In this document: positions 49,746-58,277 of the stretch, piece by piece
How the letters are laid out: each line of letters starts with the position of its first letter
Numbering within the stretch: position 1 is the stretch's first letter
Assembly: GCA_965228735.1 (NCBI GenBank)
Contig: OZ245838.1
Coordinates: 5,216,001-5,280,000 of the forward strand
Source: Planctomycetota bacterium
GTDB taxonomy: Bacteria > Planctomycetota > UBA1135 > UBA2386
Direction of reading: 5' to 3'
DNA length: 64,000 nt
Translations under genes and position numbers: made by a program
Notes under the pieces: model-generated
Told to the model about the DNA's origin: nothing
Seen by the model: only the letters and a program-made list of their open reading frames with translations
The model's database searches: none

Positions 49746-50273
49746 ATGCCCGATACCACGAGCGAACGGACCGCGATCCAGGCCTTCGGCCGCCAGTACG
49801 ACTACGATGTGAGCTACCTCGAGCGGATGCTCGACGGCTCGCCCGGCGCCTACGACGCCTTCGTCGCGGGCCAGCCGATGTGCCTGTTCCGCAGCGAACT
49901 GCCGCTCGATGCGCACTTCATCGCCCGCATCGCGGCGATGCAGGGGGAGGACTGCGGCGCGTGTGCGCAGCTCAACGTGGCGATGGCGATCGAGGCCGGT
50001 GTCGATCGCGAGCTGTTGCGCACGCTGCTCGAACGGCCGGCGGAGCTGCCGGGTCCCCTGCAGGACGTCTACCGCCACACCCGCGCCGTCGCCGGCAACG
50101 TGGCGGTCGACCCCGAGCGGGCGGAGCGGATCCGCGCGGAGTTCGGGGATGCCGCGTTCACGGAGCTCGCGGTCGTGATCGCCGGCTCGCGGATCTACCC
50201 GACGGCGAAGCGGGCGCTGCTCATGGACGGCGCGTGCGTCGTCTCCAGCGCTATCCTCGACGGCGATCGATGA
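49746..50273 (+). CDS. Carboxymuconolactone decarboxylase/AhpD-like protein
   Basis: EDCGAC CxxC motif; coupled to the ECF41 sigma gene. Confidence 0.75.
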   Translation: MPDTTSERTAIQAFGRQYDYDVSYLERMLDGSPGAYDAFVAGQPMCLFRSELPLDAHFIARIAAMQGEDCGACAQLNVAMAIEAGVDRELLRTLLERPAELPGPLQDVYRHTRAVAGNVAVDPERAERIRAEFGDAAFTELAVVIAGSRIYPTAKRALLMDGACVVSSAILDGDR

Positions 50274-51136
50274 ACCTCGTCGAGGATTTCGAACGCGAGC
50301 GCCGGTATCTGTCCCGGCTCGCCTACCGGTTGCTCGGTTCGGTCGCCGACGCCGAGGACGCCGTGCAGGAGACGTTCTTGCGCTGGCGCCGGTCGGACGA
50401 AGTGGTGACGGAGCCGCGCGCGTGGCTCACGCGCACGTGCACGCGCCTCTGCATCGACCGCATTCGCGCGAGTGAGCGGCGTCGTGAAGAATACGTCGGC
50501 GAGTGGTTGCCCGAACCGCTCGTCGAAGACGCCGGGCCCGAGCTCGACGAGACGTTGTCGATGGCGCTGTTGCGGACGGTCGAACGGCTGCCCGCGACGG
50601 AGCGGGCCAGCTTTCTGCTGCACGACGTGTTCGGCTACGAGTTCACGGAAGTGGGCGAGATCCTCGGACTGCAGCCCGCCAACTGTCGGCAGCTCGCGGT
50701 CCGCGCTCGCCAGCACCTGCGCGACGGCCCGCGGCGTTCGGCGCCGGGATCTGCGAGCGGGGGCTCGAACGAGGCGACGGTGCGGCGGCTCGGCGAAGCG
50801 TTCTTCGCGGCCATCGGCGACGGCGACCTCGAACGCCTGCAGGGCGTACTCGCCGCCGACGTCGTGCTCTACTCGGACGGCGGCGGCAAGGTCGCGGCAG
50901 CGCGCGTGCCGGTCGTCGGTGCCCCCAAGGTCGCGGCGTTCTTCGTGTCGGTATTCGCGCGCGAGCCCGAGTCGGAACTCGACGCGATCTGGTTCAACGG
51001 CGCGCCGGGCGTCGTCGTGCGTCAGGCTGGCCGCCCGGTCTCGGCGTTCCAGTTCGAGGTCGCGGCCGGCCGGATCGTGGGGATCTACGTGCAGCGGAAC
51101 CCGGACAAGCTCGGGACGCTCGGCGCGATCCGATAG
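50270..51136 (+). CDS. ECF41 (SigJ-like) sigma factor with SnoaL-like C-terminal extension
   Basis: AYRLLGSVADAEDAVQE, YVGEWLPEP, DGGGK, RNPDKL. Confidence 0.93.
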   Translation: MNLVEDFERERRYLSRLAYRLLGSVADAEDAVQETFLRWRRSDEVVTEPRAWLTRTCTRLCIDRIRASERRREEYVGEWLPEPLVEDAGPELDETLSMALLRTVERLPATERASFLLHDVFGYEFTEVGEILGLQPANCRQLAVRARQHLRDGPRRSAPGSASGGSNEATVRRLGEAFFAAIGDGDLERLQGVLAADVVLYSDGGGKVAAARVPVVGAPKVAAFFVSVFAREPESELDAIWFNGAPGVVVRQAGRPVSAFQFEVAAGRIVGIYVQRNPDKLGTLGAIR

Positions 51137-51155
51137 GTGACCGCCCGCCGGGCGC

Positions 51156-52094
51156 TCAGTGCGGGACGATCGTGACCCTGCAATCGGGCAGTGCCGCGAC
51201 GAGTCGTTCGCGAAGCGCCGCAAGAGCTTCCGCCGTGGTGAACTGGGCTGCGATGAGGCGCAGCGTCTCGAGCTGGGTCAGGGACTCGAGCCCGACCGGT
51301 TCTGGATCGACCGGCAGCCTCACGGTGAGCGAGCGGAGCGCCGGCAGGTCGGCCAGCGCCCCGTAGCTCTCCGGGGTGGAGAACTCGCCGGTCAGGTCGA
51401 GCTCTCGCAAGCGGCGCAACGACCGCAGTCGATCGGGCTCCCCGGGCCGCGGCGAACCGGCCACGTAGAAGTGGTGCGGGCCGTCCGGCGACACGATCGT
51501 GAGCGTTCGCAGGGCCGGTGCGTTGCCGAAGACGCTCAGGTCGATCGGCGCGCGTGATCTGACGGTCAGCCGTTCGAGTTTCGGCAGCGTCGCGAACGCC
51601 CGCAAGTTCTGCGGTGCGTTCGTCGTCACCGTCAAGCTCCGCAGGTTCTGCAGCCCGACGTCGGGGTGGATGTCGATCACGCGCGGGACGCGCATGAACG
51701 TCATCCCCGCTGTCGAGCCGATCTCCGAAGATTCGCCGAGCGGCTCGGAGAGATCGAGCGAGAGGATCTCGAGGTTGGGCAGCAGGGACAGCCAACGCAG
51801 ACCGTGGTGGTCCGGCTGGTAGCCGCGGACCGACTTCTCGTGCTCGCGAAACAACGGAACGTCGAGCTCGCGGATCGTGGCGAGGCGCTCGCGATCCAGC
51901 GCGATGAACTGCTCGAGCGTGTAATCCTCCGGCAGCGGCGGCAGGCCCACTTTCTCGCGCAGTGCCGCATTCAGGAACTCCGGCATCGCGAACGCGACAG
52001 GCGTGTCGGGATGCGGGTAGGCCTCGCCGCAAGCCGAGGGCAGGGCCAGCGCCGGCGCCAGAACTGCGGTGATCGCGACCGGTCTGCGGTTCAT
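51156..52094 (-). CDS. Leucine-rich-repeat putative lipoprotein
   Basis: Signal ending LPSAC; LPNLEILSL, LQNLRSL, LPKLERL, LRRLRELDL, LPALRSL. Confidence 0.7.
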   Translation of the reverse strand: MNRRPVAITAVLAPALALPSACGEAYPHPDTPVAFAMPEFLNAALREKVGLPPLPEDYTLEQFIALDRERLATIRELDVPLFREHEKSVRGYQPDHHGLRWLSLLPNLEILSLDLSEPLGESSEIGSTAGMTFMRVPRVIDIHPDVGLQNLRSLTVTTNAPQNLRAFATLPKLERLTVRSRAPIDLSVFGNAPALRTLTIVSPDGPHHFYVAGSPRPGEPDRLRSLRRLRELDLTGEFSTPESYGALADLPALRSLTVRLPVDPEPVGLESLTQLETLRLIAAQFTTAEALAALRERLVAALPDCRVTIVPH

Positions 52095-52257
52095 CGTTGC
52101 AGAATAGGTACGCGACCTGCGGAACGGCTCGGGGATTACCCGCACCCAGCACCGAAAAAGGCGCAACTCGCAGGGGGCCCGCGCCGCGATGGCGCACCGG
52201 AGGCGGTACAGTGGCGCGCGCTTCCTTCTCCTATTCGCTGCCACGCGAGGAGTGACC

Positions 52258-53571
52258 TTGAGTCAAGACGCCCGTCACGTCTCGTCAGCCGATGCGGCTG
52301 ACCTGTTCAGCCGTCGCCGCTTCCTGAAAGGCTCGGCGGCTCTCGGTGCCGCCGCCGCGTTGCCGCTCGATCCGCGGATGCTCGGCCCGCTGACGCCGCG
52401 GACCGAGCCGCGGGCGACGGCCGTCATCCAGGTGTTCCTCCAGGGCGGCATGAGCCACCTCGACACCCTCGACCCCAAGAGCGAGGCGCCAGTCGACGTG
52501 CGCGGGCCGTTCCGGTCGATCGCGACGAACGTCGACGGCCTGCGGTTCACCGAGGTGTGTCGCAACCTCGCGCGCGTGGCCGACAAGCTCACGGTCATCC
52601 GGTCGATGACCCACACGGAAGCCGCCCACGAACGTGGCATCCACAACATGCTGACGGGCTACCGCCCGAGCCCGGCGATCACGTATCCGAGCTTCGGCGC
52701 GGTCGTCAGCCACGAGCTCGGGGTTCGCAATCACCTGCCGCCCTACGTCTGCATTCCGCGGGCCGGGCGCGTCGACTACGGCACGGGATACCTGAGCTCG
52801 GCGTTCGGCCCGTTCAGCGTCGGCGACGAGCCGTCGCGCAAGGGGTTCGAGGTCAAGGACCTCGGTCCGAGCCAGAAGCTCGATGGCGATCGCGCCGAAC
52901 GACGGCGGCAGCTGCTCGAGGGGCTCGACGCGGGCTTCGAGGCGCGGGCCGACTCCGTGCGCGCGACGCAGGAGTTCTATCGCCAGGCGTGGCAGCTCAT
53001 CGATTCGGACAAGGCGCAGGAGGCGTTCCGCGTCGACCAGGAACCCGAGAAGGTGCGCAAGGCCTACGGCGCGACGCGCATGGGGCAGCGTCTGTTGCTC
53101 GCACGCCGCCTCGTCGAAGCGGGCGTGCGGTTCGTCGCGGTGCCGTCCGGCGGTTGGGACAACCACGAGAACATCTCGTCGGCACTGCGGCGGCGCATGC
53201 CCGAGGTCGACCTCGGGCTCGCGGCGCTGATCCGCGATCTCGACGACCGCGGGATGCTCGACAACACGATGGTTCTGCTGTCGACCGAGTTCGGCCGCAC
53301 ACCGCGCGTCAACCAGACGCGCGGTCGCGATCATTGGCCGCGGGTGTTCTCCGTGCTCGGAGCGGGCGGCGGGCTGCGGCGCGGGCACGTGCACGGCGCG
53401 ACCGACTCGAGCGGCAGTGACCCCGAGGTCGCGCCGGTCAGCCCCGCGGATCTCGCTGCGACGATGTTCTCGCAGCTCGGCATCGATCCGGAGAAGCGGC
53501 TCATGAGTCCCGGTGGTCGCCCGATCGACATCGTCCGCGAAGGTCGCGTCCTGCAGGAGCTGCTCACGTGA
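52258..53571 (+). CDS. DUF1501-domain protein with Tat signal
   Basis: SRRRFLK, FLQGGMSHLDTLDPK, GWDNH, EFGRTP, GRDHWP. Confidence 0.93.
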   Translation: MSQDARHVSSADAADLFSRRRFLKGSAALGAAAALPLDPRMLGPLTPRTEPRATAVIQVFLQGGMSHLDTLDPKSEAPVDVRGPFRSIATNVDGLRFTEVCRNLARVADKLTVIRSMTHTEAAHERGIHNMLTGYRPSPAITYPSFGAVVSHELGVRNHLPPYVCIPRAGRVDYGTGYLSSAFGPFSVGDEPSRKGFEVKDLGPSQKLDGDRAERRRQLLEGLDAGFEARADSVRATQEFYRQAWQLIDSDKAQEAFRVDQEPEKVRKAYGATRMGQRLLLARRLVEAGVRFVAVPSGGWDNHENISSALRRRMPEVDLGLAALIRDLDDRGMLDNTMVLLSTEFGRTPRVNQTRGRDHWPRVFSVLGAGGGLRRGHVHGATDSSGSDPEVAPVSPADLAATMFSQLGIDPEKRLMSPGGRPIDIVREGRVLQELLT

Positions 53572-55862
53572 CGGCACGGGCAGCCTTCGCACTGGCGGCG
53601 GTACTCGCGAGTACGGCCGCGTCGGCGCAGCAGTTCACCGTGATGATGCCTGCCGGTGGCACGCGCGGCGAGACCGTGCGCGTCACCTGCTACGGCCGAT
53701 ACCTGAAGGACACCGTCTCCGTCGTCTGGCTGCGTGACGGCATCGAGGTCACGAACATCGCGGCCGAACGCGACGACCGGGTGCGGCTCGAGCTCGCGAT
53801 CCCCGAGGACTGCGGGCTCGGCGAGTATCCGTTCCAGCTGCACACGAAGCGCGGTCTGACGCGCGCGCAGGGTTTCTACGTCGGTGCCATGCCGTCGGTC
53901 GCCGAGGGCAAGGACCATGGCTCGCGCGATCGGGCTCAGCGGATCGGGCTCGACTGCACCGTCGATGGCCGCGTGCTGCCGGACGACGAGGATTGGTACG
54001 CGTTCGACGTCGAGCAGGGGCAGGCCGTTCGCGTCGAGGTCGAAGCCGTGCGGCTCGCAGTCGTCGATCTCGACCTGCAGCTCGAGGTCTTCGACCCGGA
54101 TGGTGAGCGGGTCGTGCGGAGCGACGACAGCACGTTCGCCCGTGCCGACCCGGTGGCACGGTTCGTGGCCGCGCGCACCGGCACCTATACGATGGCGCTG
54201 CGCGACGTCGCGTGGCGCGGTTCGAGTCGTGGCGTCTATCGTCTGCACGTCGGCACGTTCCCGCGGCCGATCGGCGCGCTGCCCGCCGGCGGTGCGCCCG
54301 GTTCGACCGTCGAGTGCACGCTCGTCGGCGACATCGAGCCGCAGGCAGCGGTGCTCGAGATGCCGAAAGCCTTCGGCATCCAACAGGTGTTCCCCGTGGT
54401 CGACGGCGTGCCCTCGCCGACGCCGATCCGCGTGATCGTCGATCGCTACCCGAGCTTCGTCGAAGGCGAGGTGCCGGATGGAGCGAAGAAGGCGCCGTGT
54501 GCGTTCCACGGTGTGGTGACCGAGCCCGGCGAAGAGGATCGCTACGCGTTCACGGCGAAGAAGGGCGGGCGCTACGACATCGGCGTGTTGGCGCGCAACC
54601 TGCGGTCGACTCTCGATCCGGTCGTGCGGGTGCGTGACGCGCAGAACAAGGTGCTCGGCACCGACGACGACAGCCTCGGGCTGGATGGCCGCGTGCGCTT
54701 CACGGCGCCGAGTGACGGCACGTTCTACGCGTGCGTCTCGGACCACCTCGAGCGCGGCTCGCCGACCAACTTCTATCGCCTGCTCGTGCGGCCGGTCCGC
54801 GGCGGAACCGGACTCAATACGCGCGAGGCGATCCCGGGTCGCCGCATCGAGGACTTCGGCGTGAGCGTTCCCGTGGGGCGTCGCAATGCGACCGTGATCG
54901 CGACGAGCGGGTTGTCGGCGAAGAACGGCGACACGCTGTCGTTCACCGATCTGCCGCCGGGTGTTCGGTCATTGCCGACGGCGGTGCCGGCCGGCGGCAC
55001 GATCGTGCCCGTCGTGTTCGAGGTCGCTGCGGATGCCGAGCTGGCGGCGAGCCTGGCGTCGCCGTTGTCGACGAGCGCGCAGCGCGCCGAGCCGAGACGA
55101 TTGCCGTTCCGCCACAGCTACGCGCCGCTGCGGGTGCAGAACAACCAGCCGTACGGCCTGCGTCAGGTGCGTTCGCTGCCGGTGGCGATCACGCAGGCGA
55201 CGCCATACGATATCGCTGCCGACCCGCCTGCCGTGCCGCTCGTGCAGAGCGGTTCGATGAAGTGGCCCGTGCGCCTGACGCGCGACGAGGGCTTCGATGG
55301 CACGGTGACCGTGCGGGCGTTGTGGTTGCCGCCCGGCGTATCCGGCAACACGATCAGCCTCACGAAGGGCAAGACTGCCGGTGCTTTGAGTCTCAACGCC
55401 AACTCGCGGGCGTCGGTCGGCACGTGGCCGATCGTGCTCATCGCGAGCGCGCGTTCCGGCTCGGTGACGCAGACGATCAGCACGCAGGTGATGCACCTCG
55501 ACGTCCACGCGCCGTGGGTCACCGCGAAGCTGCCGCGCGCGACGATCGAGCAGGGTCAGAAGGGCGTCTTCCCGATCGAGCTGCAGCGGCAGCGCGAGTT
55601 CGAGGGCAAGGTGACCGCCGAGTTGGCGCGCGTTCCGCGGGGCGTCAAGACGGCGGTGCCGGCAATCGCCGACGAGACGACCACGGTGGAGGTCGCGTTG
55701 GATGCCGCGGCGGACGCCCGCGTCGGTCGGCATCGCACGATGTATCTGCGGCTCAAGATCGAGACCGACGGCGGCGTGATCCAACACACGGTCGGCGGTG
55801 GTGAGCTGCGCGTCGATCGGCCGTTGCCGGAGAAGATGCGGAAGAAGGGGGAAGCGCGATGA
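53568..55862 (+). CDS. Planctomycete-type secreted protein with PPC-like beta-sandwich domains
   Basis: Signal peptide, PAGG.RG.TV, DEDWYAF, EEDRYAF, YRLHVG.FPRP. Confidence 0.8.
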   Translation: MTARAAFALAAVLASTAASAQQFTVMMPAGGTRGETVRVTCYGRYLKDTVSVVWLRDGIEVTNIAAERDDRVRLELAIPEDCGLGEYPFQLHTKRGLTRAQGFYVGAMPSVAEGKDHGSRDRAQRIGLDCTVDGRVLPDDEDWYAFDVEQGQAVRVEVEAVRLAVVDLDLQLEVFDPDGERVVRSDDSTFARADPVARFVAARTGTYTMALRDVAWRGSSRGVYRLHVGTFPRPIGALPAGGAPGSTVECTLVGDIEPQAAVLEMPKAFGIQQVFPVVDGVPSPTPIRVIVDRYPSFVEGEVPDGAKKAPCAFHGVVTEPGEEDRYAFTAKKGGRYDIGVLARNLRSTLDPVVRVRDAQNKVLGTDDDSLGLDGRVRFTAPSDGTFYACVSDHLERGSPTNFYRLLVRPVRGGTGLNTREAIPGRRIEDFGVSVPVGRRNATVIATSGLSAKNGDTLSFTDLPPGVRSLPTAVPAGGTIVPVVFEVAADAELAASLASPLSTSAQRAEPRRLPFRHSYAPLRVQNNQPYGLRQVRSLPVAITQATPYDIAADPPAVPLVQSGSMKWPVRLTRDEGFDGTVTVRALWLPPGVSGNTISLTKGKTAGALSLNANSRASVGTWPIVLIASARSGSVTQTISTQVMHLDVHAPWVTAKLPRATIEQGQKGVFPIELQRQREFEGKVTAELARVPRGVKTAVPAIADETTTVEVALDAAADARVGRHRTMYLRLKIETDGGVIQHTVGGGELRVDRPLPEKMRKKGEAR

Positions 55863-58276
55863 ACGAAGGTTGCACTCACGGGCTGCTCGGCGTGATTTCC
55901 GCTCTGGTGCTCGCGGCGGCGGTCACCGCGCAGGATCGCCTCGCGGTCTACCCGGCGCAGGTCACGCTGGACGATGGCGACGACAGTCACCGCCTCGTGG
56001 CCGTGGTCACGACGGCGGCCGGTGTGACGCGCGACGCGACGGCCGACATCGACGTGCGGTTCGAGCCGGGTGCCGTCGCCGCGTTCGTGGACGGCCGGCT
56101 CGTGGCGCGCGGGAACGGCGAGGCCCAGGCGACGGTGTCCTGCGGCGAACTGTCGGCCACCGTACAGGTGACCGTTCAGAACGTGTCGCTGCACCCGCTC
56201 GTCAGCTTCCGCAACGACGTGATCCCGACCCTCACGCGCTACGGCTGCAACGCGGGTTCGTGTCACGGCGCGGCCGCGGGCAAGAACGGGTTCGGACTGA
56301 CGCTCTTCGGCTACGATCCCGGCAAGGATCACCGCGCTCTGACGCGCGACTTCCGCGGTCGTCGTCTCGACTGCGCCGACCCCGACCGGAGTCTGCTGCT
56401 CACCAAGCCGACGGGCGAGGTGCGTCACAAGGGGCGCAAGCGGTTCACGGCGGACAGCGATCCGTACGAGATCCTGCGCGAGTGGATCGCCGGTGGCGCG
56501 CCGGACGACGGCAATGGGGTGCCGTCACTCGTGCGACTGCAGGTCGAGCCGCGGGAGCTCGTGCTCGCGGGGCCCGATCAGCGCAGCGGCCTCGTCGTCA
56601 CCGCGGAGTATTCCGACGGCTCACTGCGGGATGTCACGGACCTCGCGTTGCTGTCGTCGTCGAGCGCGTCGAATGCGCGGATCGACGGCATGGCCGTCGT
56701 GTCGGGCGATCGCGGCGAGGCGTTCGTCATGGCGCGGTTCGGGTATCTCACCGAAGTCGCGCAGGTGATCGTCCTGCCGGACGCCGAGCCGTGGACCGCG
56801 CCGGCGATGGTCGCGCACAACGAGATCGACGAGCTCGTCCAGCAGAAGCTCACGAAGCTGCGTCTCGCGCCGGCCGAGCCGTGCGATGACGCCACGTACC
56901 TGCGCCGGGTGCACATCGACATCGTGGGTCGGCTGCCGACCGTCGAAGAGGTGCGCGCGTTCCTTCTGGACGAGGCCGAGGGCAAGCGCGCCCGCGTCGT
57001 CGACGAGCTGCTCGCGACCCCGGAGTTCACCGACATCTGGGCGATGACGTGGGCCGAGGTGCTGCGGATCGAGTCGCAGCAGCTCGAGGCCAAGGGCGTT
57101 CACCTCTTCACCCGGTGGCTGAGCGAATCGCTCGCTGCGGGCGTGCCCATGGACGAGCTCGTGCGCGCGATGCTCACGGCCGAGGGGGCCGCGTTCTCCG
57201 TTCCGGAGGCCAACTACTTCGTGACGGCGACGGACCCGAAGGTGCTCGCGGAGAACGCGGCGCAGACGTTCCTCGGGATCCGGCTGCAGTGTGCGCAGTG
57301 TCACAACCATCCGTTCGAGCGTTGGCGGATGGACGACTACTACGGCTTCGCCGCGTTCTTCGGCCAGATCGGGCGGAAGCGTGGGGACGATCCTCGCGAC
57401 ACGATCGTCTACGACCGACAGCGCGGCTCCGTGACGAACGAGCGCACCCGCCGCGCCGCCGAGCCGCGTTTCCTGGGCGGTGACGTGCCCGAGATCGAGG
57501 CTGGCGAGGACCGGCGGGCCGTGCTCGCGGAATGGCTGACGTCGCGCGAGAACCCGTGGTTCGCGCGCAACATCGCCAATCGCGTGTGGGCGCGCTTCTT
57601 CGGCCGCGGGCTCGTCGAGCCGGTCGACGATGTGCGCGTCAGCAACCCCGCGTCGCATCCGACGCTGCACCGGCGGCTCGGGGAGAAGCTCGCGGCCGCC
57701 GACTTCGATATCCGCGCGCTGATCCGTGAGATCTGCGCGTCCGCGACGTATCAATCCGCGCAGCATGACGGGGGCGCCGCGGCCGCGACGTTCGCCGGCA
57801 TGACGCCGCGGCGCCTCTCGGCCGAGCAGTTGCTCGACGCGATCGATGCGGTCACCGAGGTGAAGACCAAGTTTCGCGGAGCGCCGCTCGGCTTCCGTGC
57901 CGCGCAGCTCGTCGACGCGGACCCGCAGAACCGGCTGCTCGACCTCTTCGGGCGTCCGCGCCGCGAGTCCGTCTGCACGTGCGAGCGTCGTTCGGAGCCG
58001 ACGCTGAACCAGGTGCTGCATCTCATCAACGGTTCGACGATCGAAGGCAAGGTGCGCAGCGACAAGAGTCGCATCGTGCGCCTCATCGAGCACGGCACCG
58101 AGCCGGGGCTCCTGCTCGAGGAGTTGTGTCTTGCCGTCTACGGGCGGCTGCCGAACGCGGCCGAACGCGAACGCATCCTGCCAGCCGTCGCCGCGGCCGG
58201 CGACGACGCCCGGACCGTCTGGGAGGACGTGCTCTGGGCGATGTTGAACAGCAAAGAGTTCCTCTTCCAGCACTGA
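55859..58276 (+). CDS. DUF1549/DUF1553 protein with Ig-like (Big_2) domains and CxxCH-type motifs
   Basis: SFRNDVIP.L...CNAGSCHG, YLRRV.IDI.GRLPT, LQCAQCHNHP, NRVW..FFGRGLV, LNSKEF. Confidence 0.92.
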   Translation: MNEGCTHGLLGVISALVLAAAVTAQDRLAVYPAQVTLDDGDDSHRLVAVVTTAAGVTRDATADIDVRFEPGAVAAFVDGRLVARGNGEAQATVSCGELSATVQVTVQNVSLHPLVSFRNDVIPTLTRYGCNAGSCHGAAAGKNGFGLTLFGYDPGKDHRALTRDFRGRRLDCADPDRSLLLTKPTGEVRHKGRKRFTADSDPYEILREWIAGGAPDDGNGVPSLVRLQVEPRELVLAGPDQRSGLVVTAEYSDGSLRDVTDLALLSSSSASNARIDGMAVVSGDRGEAFVMARFGYLTEVAQVIVLPDAEPWTAPAMVAHNEIDELVQQKLTKLRLAPAEPCDDATYLRRVHIDIVGRLPTVEEVRAFLLDEAEGKRARVVDELLATPEFTDIWAMTWAEVLRIESQQLEAKGVHLFTRWLSESLAAGVPMDELVRAMLTAEGAAFSVPEANYFVTATDPKVLAENAAQTFLGIRLQCAQCHNHPFERWRMDDYYGFAAFFGQIGRKRGDDPRDTIVYDRQRGSVTNERTRRAAEPRFLGGDVPEIEAGEDRRAVLAEWLTSRENPWFARNIANRVWARFFGRGLVEPVDDVRVSNPASHPTLHRRLGEKLAAADFDIRALIREICASATYQSAQHDGGAAAATFAGMTPRRLSAEQLLDAIDAVTEVKTKFRGAPLGFRAAQLVDADPQNRLLDLFGRPRRESVCTCERRSEPTLNQVLHLINGSTIEGKVRSDKSRIVRLIEHGTEPGLLLEELCLAVYGRLPNAAERERILPAVAAAGDDARTVWEDVLWAMLNSKEFLFQH

Positions 58277-58277
58277 C

